Below the pieces are notes generated by a model that worked only from the letters and a program-made list of their open reading frames with translations, searched no databases and had not been told where the DNA came from. Made by a program: the position numbers and the translations under genes. A stretch of 64,000 nt of DNA from Sedimentisphaerales bacterium (GTDB lineage: Bacteria > Planctomycetota > Phycisphaerae > Sedimentisphaerales > SM23-30): NCBI GenBank assembly GCA_963666285.1, contig OY762711.1. The stretch is one strand, 5' to 3'. Below, piece by piece: positions 11,280-20,717 of this stretch (the stretch's first letter is position 1; each line of letters starts with the position of its first letter).

Positions 11280-11889
11280 TTCTTATCACCTGGATGGAAA
11301 GGTCAAAAGTAACAAAATAATCCTTTAATGTAGGATTACGATTATATCTTTTATTCGGGTTATATCAAATAAATACTTTATTTTTGTACAGAATTATTTG
11401 GTTTAAGGTATTTATGGTCTCTGAAGATAATGTTGAACAGCAAAAGTACACTTTGAAAAGATGTTTGACATAATGCATACATATACAATTTTGGCACTTA
11501 GTCTTGCAGTTGTTTACTTTGCCTGTTACAAAAAATACAAATTTTATTTGATTGTATAGATGATAATTTTGGCTGGTGTATATCTCTGATGTGGTTTATG
11601 TGGCAAAAGAATATTTTTGTTAACAGGAATTAAGTTAGATTATTATTAGCTGTGTTTTTTCAAGACATATTGACATTTTTACAGTTTGTACTATATGTTG
11701 TTGCTCGAGAGTGGAGGGTTCAATATATAGTAATCTTGTAAGTGTATGTATAATATCTAGTTGAGAGATTTTTTTTTGAAATAACTGTTGTCTTTTTTTT
11801 GTGTCCAGTTATACTATTAGTTAATCTCAGGTTATCGGCCTACTAGGTTGAATAAGTTTAATAATTTTTGTTTTTTTATAAGTTATTTT

Positions 11890-11988
11890 TCGCAGGATGC
11901 GATAAGGTGCTGACTATCTCGAAAGAATATGAATCAGCAGGCTTTTTCCTGAGAGTTTATGGATGAACGTATTATTAGCAAGGACGCT
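11890..11988 (+). promoter_or_regulatory. Three candidate CsrA/RsmA GGA hairpins in the flhA leader
   Basis: TCGCAGGATGCGA, GTTTATGGATGAAC and AGCAAGGACGCT; the last overlaps the SD. Confidence 0.55.
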
Positions 11989-11990
11989 AT

Positions 11991-14108
11991 ATGGCATTGG
12001 CACAATTATCAGGAATACAGAAGTATCTAACTTTTATTCATAAAAGCAGAGATATGATATTGCCGCTATCGGCAGTGTGCCTGATATTTGTTATGCTTAT
12101 TCCACTTCCTGCCGGCATACTTGATCTTCTTTTGGTTGCAAATCTTGCTTTTGCTTCTCTTATTCTATTGACCACCATTTTTGCTAATGGTCCTTTAGAA
12201 ATGTCGTCATTTCCTTCGTTATTGCTGTCAGCCACTCTTTTCCGATTAGTTTTGAATTGTGCTACTACCAGGAAAATATTGACTGCCGGTGAATCGCAGC
12301 AGGAAATGGATGCTGCCGGCCAGATGATCAAAGCGTTTTCTGAGTTTGTTGCCGGCAGTTCACTTGCTGTTGGTCTGATTATTTTCATTATTCTGGTTGT
12401 TATACAGTTTGTGGTAATTACGAAAGGTGCTACCAGGATTAGTGAAGTAGCTGCCCGTTTTACCTTAGATGGTATGCCGGGTAAGCAGATGGCAATTGAT
12501 GCGGATTTGAATGCCGGGTTGATAAATGAAGCTGAGGCTCGTCGGCGTCGAGAGGAAATTGCTAGTGAGGCAGATTTTTATGGGGCCATGGATGGTGCTA
12601 GTAAATTTGTTCGGGGTGATGCTATCGCTGGCATTATTATTACTCTCGTTAATATTCTTGGCGGTATTACTGTTGGGATGCTCCAGTATAACATGGACCT
12701 GAGCAGATGTTTTGCAGTTTTTACTCAATTGACTATTGGTGACGGTCTTGTCAGTCAGATACCGGCTTTTATTATTTCTGTTGCTGCCGGTCTTATTGTT
12801 ACCAGATCTACGGCAAAAAGTGATCTGGGAACAGAGCTGATCATGCAGCTGGTCAGTAAGCCTAGAGCTTTACAGGTTGCCGCAGGTTTTATGCTGGTCC
12901 TGTCTTTTACCGGGCTGCCCAGAGTCCCGTTGTTGATGATGGCTGGAAGTTTTATTGGTATTGCATATGTTATAAATCGTCAGGAAAAAAAGAAGGTTAC
13001 TGCTGCTGTTGCTGCGGAAAAGAAAGCTGCTTCTACTACTAAGAAAGAAAAAGTTGAAGATTTGCTGCCTTTAGACCGTATGGAACTTGAGATAGGGTAT
13101 GGGCTTATTAAGCTTGTTGATTCAAGGCAGGGTGGAGATCTTTTAAAGCGTATCTCAATGATTAGAAAACAAATTGCTTTGGAGTTGGGTATTATTGTTC
13201 CTAGTATTCGTATCAGGGATAATGTACGCCTTGGACCAAACGAATATGCGGTTAAAATTAAAGGTATAAGCATTGCTGTCGGTGAAGCTTATCCGGACCA
13301 GTGTCTTGCTATGGATAGTGGTGCGGTTACTGGTGAGCTTACCGGAAAGGAAACCGTAGAACCGGCATTTGGACTTAAAGCCTATTGGATTCCGGCTGCC
13401 CGTAAAGATCACGCGGAAATGATGAATTACACCGTTGTGGATTGCTCCAGTGTGCTGGCGACTCATATTACTGAAGTTATTAAAGGCCATGCTGCCGAGT
13501 TGCTTACTCGTCAGGATTTTGAAGAATTGATTACAAAGGCCAAAGAGAAATGTCCATCAATCGTCGATGAAGTGGTTGGCGGCACTCTTAAAGCCGGTGA
13601 GATTCAAAAAGTACTTCAAGGGCTTCTGCTTGAGAGAGTGCCGATACGGGATATGGAAACTATTCTGGAAACTCTTGGTGACTGGGGTAATCGGACTAAG
13701 GATGCTGAGATATTGACTGAGTATGTAAGGAATTCACTGGCCAGAACTATTTGTGATCAGTATAAGGATGAAGGTGGGAATCTTCGCTGTGTGACACTGG
13801 ATCCAGGTCTGGAAGATACTATAAATAAGCATATTGAGCGATCTGAAACAGGTAGCTATCTTACTTTGCCGCCGTCGCTGGCTAATGAGATTGCGACTTC
13901 TATTATTAAGCATCTGGCAAAACTGACTGACGTTGGTGTTCAGCCTATTGTATTGTGCTCGCCTCAGGTACGAATGCTGCTCAGGAAAATGCTGGCACCT
14001 CATTTGCCCAATATTGTAGTGTTAGCATATAATGAAATAGTAAAAGGAATAAATATTCAATCAGTGTCTATGGTTGTTCTTGAAGGTAAAGAACCTGTAT
14101 TTAGTTAA
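11991..14108 (+). CDS. flhA: Flagellar export gate protein FlhA
   Basis: FPSLLL..TLFRL.LN, ITKGATRISEVAARFTLDGMPGKQMAIDADLNAG, FYGAMDGASKFVRGDA. Confidence 0.97.
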   Translation: MALAQLSGIQKYLTFIHKSRDMILPLSAVCLIFVMLIPLPAGILDLLLVANLAFASLILLTTIFANGPLEMSSFPSLLLSATLFRLVLNCATTRKILTAGESQQEMDAAGQMIKAFSEFVAGSSLAVGLIIFIILVVIQFVVITKGATRISEVAARFTLDGMPGKQMAIDADLNAGLINEAEARRRREEIASEADFYGAMDGASKFVRGDAIAGIIITLVNILGGITVGMLQYNMDLSRCFAVFTQLTIGDGLVSQIPAFIISVAAGLIVTRSTAKSDLGTELIMQLVSKPRALQVAAGFMLVLSFTGLPRVPLLMMAGSFIGIAYVINRQEKKKVTAAVAAEKKAASTTKKEKVEDLLPLDRMELEIGYGLIKLVDSRQGGDLLKRISMIRKQIALELGIIVPSIRIRDNVRLGPNEYAVKIKGISIAVGEAYPDQCLAMDSGAVTGELTGKETVEPAFGLKAYWIPAARKDHAEMMNYTVVDCSSVLATHITEVIKGHAAELLTRQDFEELITKAKEKCPSIVDEVVGGTLKAGEIQKVLQGLLLERVPIRDMETILETLGDWGNRTKDAEILTEYVRNSLARTICDQYKDEGGNLRCVTLDPGLEDTINKHIERSETGSYLTLPPSLANEIATSIIKHLAKLTDVGVQPIVLCSPQVRMLLRKMLAPHLPNIVVLAYNEIVKGINIQSVSMVVLEGKEPVFS

Positions 14109-14125
14109 AGAGATAGTTGGTGAAA

Positions 14126-15463
14126 ATGTCAAAAATATTGAAATTCAGAGCTAAAACAATGCCTCAGGCCCTGGCGCTTGTAAAAAAGAAGTTAGGTTCA
14201 TCTGCTGTCATTTTGCATAGCAGGCCGATTAAGCAGGGAGGCTTTGCTGGAATTGGCAGCAAAACTATTTTTGAAATAACAGCTAAGGCTGATGACGGTA
14301 GTTTGCCTGAAAGAGATAAGCAGCAGGGGGGTAATGCCAGGTTGCGCAACAGCTATAATAAAGACCGTCAGGAACTTGTTGAAGCGATTGCCCAGGTCTC
14401 TGGTATGAGAGGCGATTCTGGTGTTAATGTTGATATCTCGTCGCTGCGATCTCAAAATAAGGTTTATTCTCAGAATAATCTTAATGGCAGAGAGTCTTTA
14501 GCCGGGGCAGGTGCATGGACCGCACCGCAGGCTGTGAATGATGCTCGTGATAATTATAAAGATATTCGTGATGAAATCAGTGATTTGAAATCAGTGATAA
14601 ACGATCTTGTTAAAGAGCAGCGTCAATTGCACGCTCCGCAGATGCCGGAAAAGATTTTTGATTCTTACTTAGATCTTATACAGTGTGAGGTTGCAGACGA
14701 AATTGCTAAAGAAATGCTGGAAGAAGTTCAGCGTGATCTGACAGGTTCGCAGATTAGGTCTGGTGATGTCGTTCGCCGCAGACTGTTTGACACAATGCAG
14801 GGGATGGTCAATACATGTGGGCCAATTGCCGAGAATGTGGATGGAAGTGCAAGAGTTGTTATGTTGATTGGTCCTACCGGGGTCGGAAAAACTACAACAA
14901 TCGCAAAAGTTGCGGCTGATATGAAGCTTCGTCGTGGTAAAAATGTCGGGCTTATTACTATTGATACTTATCGAATTGGTGCGGTTGACCAGTTGAGGAT
15001 GTATGCACAGATTATTGATGTGCCGCTTAAAGTCGTTTTGAGTCCGTCTGAACTGAAGGAAGCTTTGGATGAAATGCGTCAGACAAAGGATGTTGTCCTG
15101 ATTGATACCGCTGGTCGCAGCCATAATGATGTGATTAAGCTAAAAGAGCTGCAGGCGTATATTGAGGCAGCAAAAGCTGATGAAATTCATCTTGTGTTAT
15201 CTGGTACGTCCAATCAGAGTGCCATCGATCATGCTGCCCGGGAATTCGGAAAGTTTGGTGTTGACAGGGTCATCTTGACAAAGCTTGATGAAGCAATTAG
15301 TTTCGGTGTTATATTTTCTGTGTTGCGAAAAATGAATGCTTCACTATCATATATAACTACAGGGCAGGATGTGCCTGATGATATTGAAGTCGCTGCTGGC
15401 AGTAGACTCGCAAAATTGCTTCTCGGAGAAGAAGGTATTAAAAAACTGGAAATAGCAGTTTAA
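14126..15463 (+). CDS. flhF: Flagellar SRP-like GTPase FlhF
   Basis: GPTGVGKTTTIAK, DTYRIGA, DTAGRS, TKLDE, GQDVPDDI; follows flhA. Confidence 0.95.
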   Translation: MSKILKFRAKTMPQALALVKKKLGSSAVILHSRPIKQGGFAGIGSKTIFEITAKADDGSLPERDKQQGGNARLRNSYNKDRQELVEAIAQVSGMRGDSGVNVDISSLRSQNKVYSQNNLNGRESLAGAGAWTAPQAVNDARDNYKDIRDEISDLKSVINDLVKEQRQLHAPQMPEKIFDSYLDLIQCEVADEIAKEMLEEVQRDLTGSQIRSGDVVRRRLFDTMQGMVNTCGPIAENVDGSARVVMLIGPTGVGKTTTIAKVAADMKLRRGKNVGLITIDTYRIGAVDQLRMYAQIIDVPLKVVLSPSELKEALDEMRQTKDVVLIDTAGRSHNDVIKLKELQAYIEAAKADEIHLVLSGTSNQSAIDHAAREFGKFGVDRVILTKLDEAISFGVIFSVLRKMNASLSYITTGQDVPDDIEVAAGSRLAKLLLGEEGIKKLEIAV

Positions 15464-15514
15464 TTGCATAATTTTTAATTTTATTTATCTGTGTTGTTTT
15501 TCAGGTAATTGATT

Positions 15515-16366
15515 ATGACAGTAGACCAGGCAGAAAAACTCAGACTTATGGTTCGCAAGACTCGCGGTAAGCGAGCTAAGGTTATTGCCATCACCAGCGG
15601 TAAAGGTGGGGTTGGTAAGACCAATGTTGCGGCAAATCTTGCTATTTGCCTGGCCGCTGCCAGGCGCAAGGTGACCATTATCGATGCCGATTTTGGGCTG
15701 GCCAATCTTGACCTTATTTTTAATGTCAGATCAGGAAAGACCATTGCGCATTTGGCATCTGGCAGGAAATCTATAGATGAGTTGGTAGTACCTGTTAGGG
15801 GTGGTGTTAGTCTGGTTTGTGGTGTTTCGGGTATGTGTGAGCTTGCCCAAATGACTGATTTTCAGCGAAATCATATCATTAAAGAGCTTGCCAGGCTGGA
15901 AGATGAGAATGATATCATCATTGTTGATACTGGTGCAGGTATCTCATCGAATGTTTTAAGCTTCTGTGAATCAGCTGATCACACCATAATTGTTACATCT
16001 CCGGAGCCTACAAGTATGACAGATGCATATGCTATGATCAAGACTTTAAGCAAGAGGGGAAGTGGTGTAAAACTATCGGTTCTGGTTAATATGGTTGAAA
16101 GTAGAAACCATGCCAGGAAGGTGTACCGAAAATTGGCCGATACGTCCAGAAAGTTCTTGTCTGTGTCTATAACTGATGCTGGTTACATACTTTATGATAA
16201 TAGCGTCTCTAGTGCGGTACAGCGTTGTGAGCCGGTTGTACTTGCGTATCCCAGGAGTCAGGCTAGTTATTGTTTTTTGACTTTAGCTAGTAAATTTGGT
16301 CGTGGAACTGAAGCCACTAGCATAAATGAAGGCTTCTTTAGAAAAGTAGTAAATTGGTTTTTTTAA
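15515..16366 (+). CDS. flhG: MinD-like flagellar ATPase FlhG/FleN
   Basis: DQAEKLR N-terminus, SGKGGVGKT, DADFGLAN, DTGAG, PEPTSMTDAY. Confidence 0.93.
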   Translation: MTVDQAEKLRLMVRKTRGKRAKVIAITSGKGGVGKTNVAANLAICLAAARRKVTIIDADFGLANLDLIFNVRSGKTIAHLASGRKSIDELVVPVRGGVSLVCGVSGMCELAQMTDFQRNHIIKELARLEDENDIIIVDTGAGISSNVLSFCESADHTIIVTSPEPTSMTDAYAMIKTLSKRGSGVKLSVLVNMVESRNHARKVYRKLADTSRKFLSVSITDAGYILYDNSVSSAVQRCEPVVLAYPRSQASYCFLTLASKFGRGTEATSINEGFFRKVVNWFF

Positions 16367-16383
16367 AAAAACGTAAAATTAGT

Positions 16384-16411
16384 TAAACATTAAGTGAAAT
16401 TATGCCGATAA
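16384..16411 (+). promoter_or_regulatory. Sigma28 promoter upstream of orf-fliA
   Basis: TAAA-N16-GCCGATAA, matching the FliA/SigD consensus boxes. Confidence 0.7.
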
Positions 16412-16495
16412 ATCATTACGATCTTGTATAAATAACTTGGCTATAAATAGTTGCAAGATTGTCACTTGTTTGGCTTGTTCTAAGGTTAATAGCAT

Positions 16496-16846
16496 ATGTT
16501 GACAGTGAGATTATGTGCTGCTGGGTTATCTTTTGTTGCTTTCGCAACGGCCCTGATTATAGGTCTCGTAGCCGAAAATGACTATGTTACTATTGTAACT
16601 AGGGCATTATCAGCTATGGCTGTCTTTTATGTGCTGGGGGTTATTCTTGGGCATGTTGGGCAGGTTGCCATTGAACAAAGTTTTGAACGGCAGAAAGAAG
16701 CTATTGAACAAGAAGTAAAAAACGAATTTGATATTGAAGATGCTGAATTAGTTGATTCCGTAGATGCTGATGTAGAAGCTGAACCTTCTACTCGTGTTCA
16801 GCGTAAACCGGCTCGTGATGTGGAATTAGTTGGTTCTGGTGTGTGA
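16496..16846 (+). CDS. Small two-TM hypothetical protein in the flagellar cluster
   Basis: Two hydrophobic helices and an acidic tail; fills the gap between flhG and fliA. Confidence 0.7.
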   Translation: MLTVRLCAAGLSFVAFATALIIGLVAENDYVTIVTRALSAMAVFYVLGVILGHVGQVAIEQSFERQKEAIEQEVKNEFDIEDAELVDSVDADVEAEPSTRVQRKPARDVELVGSGV

Positions 16847-16949
16847 GAAAGTATGTTCTTTGCTCTTTTTGCGATAAGGTACTTGCAGTAGGATGCTAAA
16901 ATAAAGAAACATTAGGTATATTGAGAAAACTATAATTAAGGTTGTCATT

Positions 16950-17867
16950 ATGGACTTGGAAACTGCGGTAGATGTAATTGGAACTGATAGAGAAACACCT
17001 CTTGAGGAATTTGAAAGTGAAGAAAATGTATATAACGAGAATGATATTGATGAAGAATCTGCCGAAGTAAGTTTTGATGAAGAGATACTTTCGAGAATTT
17101 TTTCTGAGCAAGAGCAGGATCTTCGTGAATTATGGGTAAGTTTCAAAACTACTCTTGCTGTTCGTTATCGTAACGGCTTGATAGAACGTTATTTACATTT
17201 AGTTAAATACAACGCTGAACGAATATATGCAAAATTGCCGGACGAGGTTGACCTTGATGACCTTATTAGTGCTGGCTATTTTGGTTTAATGGACGCGATA
17301 AATTCATATGACCTTGAAAGAGGAGTAAAATTCTCTACTTATTGTGCTCCTCGTATTCGCGGTGCAATTCTTGACCAGCTTAGAAGTATGGATTGGGTGC
17401 CAAGGCTTGTGCGTAGTCGTGCTCATAAACTCGACAAAGTTGTAAAAGAATTTGAAGCCGAACATGGTCGTTGTGCATCGGATGATGAACTGGCTAAAAT
17501 TATGGGACTTGGCAGGGAGGAATATCTGAAGCTGAAAAGAGATGCTCATGCTATATCTCTTGTCTCTCTCAGTCGCAAATGGTTTGAAACCGACAGCCAG
17601 AAAGATGTATGTGAAATTGACGTTCTTGAGGATAAAAGAGGTGTTAATCCTTTCCATGAGATTCAGAAACGTGATGTCAAAGATATGATGACACGCGGTC
17701 TTACCCGAGCCGAAAAGCTTATTATCATCCTTTATTATTATGAAGAAATGACTATGAAAGAGATTGGTGCGACCCTGGATCTTTCCGAAAGCAGGGTGTC
17801 TCAGATGCATTCTTCTATCCTGCAGCGGCTAAAAGCTCAGATGAGCCACAAAGATATAGAGTCATAA
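16950..17867 (+). CDS. fliA: RNA polymerase sigma factor FliA/WhiG
   Basis: DLISAG..GL, FSTYCAPRIRGAILDQLRSMDWVPR, TMKEIG..L.LSESRVSQMH. Confidence 0.96.
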   Translation: MDLETAVDVIGTDRETPLEEFESEENVYNENDIDEESAEVSFDEEILSRIFSEQEQDLRELWVSFKTTLAVRYRNGLIERYLHLVKYNAERIYAKLPDEVDLDDLISAGYFGLMDAINSYDLERGVKFSTYCAPRIRGAILDQLRSMDWVPRLVRSRAHKLDKVVKEFEAEHGRCASDDELAKIMGLGREEYLKLKRDAHAISLVSLSRKWFETDSQKDVCEIDVLEDKRGVNPFHEIQKRDVKDMMTRGLTRAEKLIIILYYYEEMTMKEIGATLDLSESRVSQMHSSILQRLKAQMSHKDIES

Positions 17868-17915
17868 TCGCTAATTGATGCTGATTTTGAATATTTTTTA
17901 TATTAGGCCTATAAT

Positions 17916-17947
17916 AAGGTGGTTCTTATACTGAACCGCCTTTTTTT
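17916..17947 (+). terminator. Intrinsic terminator after fliA
   Basis: AAGGTGGTTC...GAACCGCCTT followed by a T run. Confidence 0.75.
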
Positions 17948-18023
17948 ATGCTTATTTGTTATACAGGCGATATACTACATAGGGGATTTTATTTAGATAT
18001 TCCTTATATTGTGTGAGGCGTAT

Positions 18024-18401
18024 ATGAGTGGTATACCATCAAATATGAATGCTCTTGGTTCGATTATGCAGGCACAGGTTGCCGCTAATGACAAAGCCAA
18101 ACAGGGCGACTCAAAGGTCAATCAGGACACTTACGCCGCTCGCCAGGCAGCAAGAGTCTCTGAACAGCAGACTGAAGATGTTGAAGATACCGAACACGTA
18201 GATGGTTTAACTGTCAGACGCGAAGATGAACGTCAGCGCAATGGCCAGGATGCTCGAGATACCTGGGAGCAGCATCAGGCTGAAGAAGATTTGTACCATT
18301 CTGAACTTGAACAGGAACCATCTGATGAAAAAAACAGTCAGGATAATACTGATAATGATGACGATTCACAACAAGGTGGACATATAGACCTGTCAGTCTA
18401 A
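18024..18401 (+). CDS. Acidic Gln-rich hypothetical protein ending GGHIDLSV
   Basis: GAGG RBS then ATG 18024; hydrophilic low-complexity ORF. Confidence 0.7.
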   Translation: MSGIPSNMNALGSIMQAQVAANDKAKQGDSKVNQDTYAARQAARVSEQQTEDVEDTEHVDGLTVRREDERQRNGQDARDTWEQHQAEEDLYHSELEQEPSDEKNSQDNTDNDDDSQQGGHIDLSV

Positions 18402-18726
18402 CACTCAAAACTTCTTTTTTTTACCGTTTTTTTCTCCTTTCCTGGATATTGTTATTGATTATACATTAGTATTTTTGTTTTTTGTCGCCTAATCGTGTTT
18501 TCAGTATTGGTATCCGACATATTTTCATTTTAATTATTAATAAACTGTGTTTATTATGCTGATATCGCTCATAATACTACCTTTTCAATTTTTGAAGTTT
18601 TTTCAGATATATCAATTTTTTCTGGTTATTCAAGTTGTGCGGATAATGAGCTAATATAGCAAACTAATAATGTCGAAAATAGCTTTACGTATTTTTTATA
18701 TATATTTAGTTTAAAGTGGTATTGAT

Positions 18727-20679
18727 TTGAATATATTACATTTAACAATTACAAGCTGTTGCCGGAGATTTCCTGCTTTTGCATTATTTATTTCAATATT
18801 GATATTTCTATTTGCTGGTTCAGTATTCAGTGCTGATGAAAATTATTCTTCCGAAACCAGTCAAAGAGATGTCTGGTATAATATCAGTACAATTGAACTT
18901 AGATATCAATATAAAGGCCAGGATGGATTACCTGACCTTGACCGGCTTTATCAAGAGCAGTTTAATTTCTATGAAACTGAAAATGGCTATACTGGCGATA
19001 GTTCCGATAAATCAGTCTCTTTTTCTCTTACTAAATTTAAAGATTTGCCGAAACATAAATTCCATTTTACTGCCGTTAAGTCTATCCAGGATCAGTTGAT
19101 CAAATATCTGAATAGTATCGGCATAGGAGGTGTTGTTATATTGCCGGCATCTGGTCAGTTGGATATGAATAACTTGAATGATCTGCGTCCCGATGCCAAA
19201 CAAAAGCCTGTCCCTTTGATTATTGATATCTGGGTTGCCAGAGTAGCGAATATTTCTGTCAAATCAAAGAATGAAAAGCTCGAAAACCTCTCTCCTTCTA
19301 GTGCAAGAATACTTAAATATTCTCCTATCCGGCCGTCAGATGCAGAATCCCAAGACCCAAATATAGATTTACCTGATTCTACGGACCTGATTATTTCGCA
19401 AAAACTTGATAATTATCTTTACTTGCTTAACCGCCATCCCGGTCGTCGTGTTGACGCTGCTATAGCTCCCGGAAGTAAGCCGGGCGATGTTGACCTTGAA
19501 TATAATATTCGCCAAAATAAACCATGGCTTGCTTATGCCCAGATTTCCAATACCGGCAGTAAGGATACTAACGATTTTCGCCAGCGGTTCGGATACGTCA
19601 ATAATCAGTTTACCGGGAATGATGATATATTCAATATTGACTATCTCACAACGGACTTCAGCGATGTCCATTCTCTCGCATTATCATATGATCGTCCGTG
19701 GCGTGATTCTCAGCTTACACGGATAAAGTTTTATGGCAGCTATAACGATTTTATTTCATCTGAGATTGGTTCTGAAAGTTATTTTTCTGGAATGGAATCT
19801 ACTGCTGGTTTTGAGCTAAACACAAATGTCCGTCAAAAAGGCCGTCTTTTTATCGATCGGTTTGTCGGGCTCCGTTTTAGCAACTATAAGATCGAAAATT
19901 ATATTACTGAAGGTGAACATCATTTTGCTGATGAGTTAATGGTGGTTCCGGCTGTTGGTTATCGTCTGGAATATGATAGTGGTATTTGCAGAACTACCGG
20001 CCAGCTTGGCCTGGAAGCTAATCTGGCAGGAAATAGTACCGATGCTATGGAAAATTTCGGACGTAACAAACCTGATGGAAACTGGTGGAAATTAAACTGG
20101 AATATCAATCATAGCTTTTACCTGGAGCCGCTATTGGATCCGGATGGATGGCGCGATATAAATACTCCCAGGAATTCTACTCTTGCTCACGAAATTTCTT
20201 TATCCGGCAGAGGCCAATATACTCGCAGCAGGCTGATACCTCAGGAAAAAATGAGCGTTGGCGGGTTGTATTCTGTCAGGGGATATCGCCAGAGTTTTGT
20301 CAGTGGTGACAATGTTATGATCTTTAGTGGTGAGTATCGCTATCATATCCCTCGTGACTTTGATCTGGCTGCGCCGGGTAAACTTCCTGTTTTTGGTAAT
20401 AAGTTCCGCTGGGCTCCGGAGCAGGTTTACGGTTTTCCGGATTGGGATCTTATCTTCAGGACCTTTCTGGATGGTGGTTTCGCTACTCACAATGATATGA
20501 CTGATAACGAGGATAATTACGGACTCCTTAGTGGTGGTATTGGTTTGGAATTACAGTTTAACCGGTATTTCAGTTTACGCTGTGATTATGGAATTGTAAT
20601 TGAGGGAGTCGAAGCTAATGAGGAAAAAGCTGAAAGGGGCGACGGCCGCTTTCATATTAGCGGCATGGTTGCTTATTAG
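18727..20679 (+). CDS. Two-partner secretion transporter TpsB (ShlB/FhaC/HecB family)
   Basis: Signal peptide, POTRA-like LNRHPGR segment, NTG motif, GGLYSVRGY loop-6 motif, FLDGG, C-terminal aromatic residue; lies upstream of a TpsA. Confidence 0.92.
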   Translation: MNILHLTITSCCRRFPAFALFISILIFLFAGSVFSADENYSSETSQRDVWYNISTIELRYQYKGQDGLPDLDRLYQEQFNFYETENGYTGDSSDKSVSFSLTKFKDLPKHKFHFTAVKSIQDQLIKYLNSIGIGGVVILPASGQLDMNNLNDLRPDAKQKPVPLIIDIWVARVANISVKSKNEKLENLSPSSARILKYSPIRPSDAESQDPNIDLPDSTDLIISQKLDNYLYLLNRHPGRRVDAAIAPGSKPGDVDLEYNIRQNKPWLAYAQISNTGSKDTNDFRQRFGYVNNQFTGNDDIFNIDYLTTDFSDVHSLALSYDRPWRDSQLTRIKFYGSYNDFISSEIGSESYFSGMESTAGFELNTNVRQKGRLFIDRFVGLRFSNYKIENYITEGEHHFADELMVVPAVGYRLEYDSGICRTTGQLGLEANLAGNSTDAMENFGRNKPDGNWWKLNWNINHSFYLEPLLDPDGWRDINTPRNSTLAHEISLSGRGQYTRSRLIPQEKMSVGGLYSVRGYRQSFVSGDNVMIFSGEYRYHIPRDFDLAAPGKLPVFGNKFRWAPEQVYGFPDWDLIFRTFLDGGFATHNDMTDNEDNYGLLSGGIGLELQFNRYFSLRCDYGIVIEGVEANEEKAERGDGRFHISGMVAY

Positions 20680-20717
20680 TGTTTATGCCGGTTTTTTATG
20701 GGGATTGAAAACTAAAC

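Noticed and set aside
11491..11508. TTGGCAC...TTGCA sigma54-like site upstream of flhA
   Set aside because: Spacing is GG-N11-GC, whereas sigma54 requires N10.
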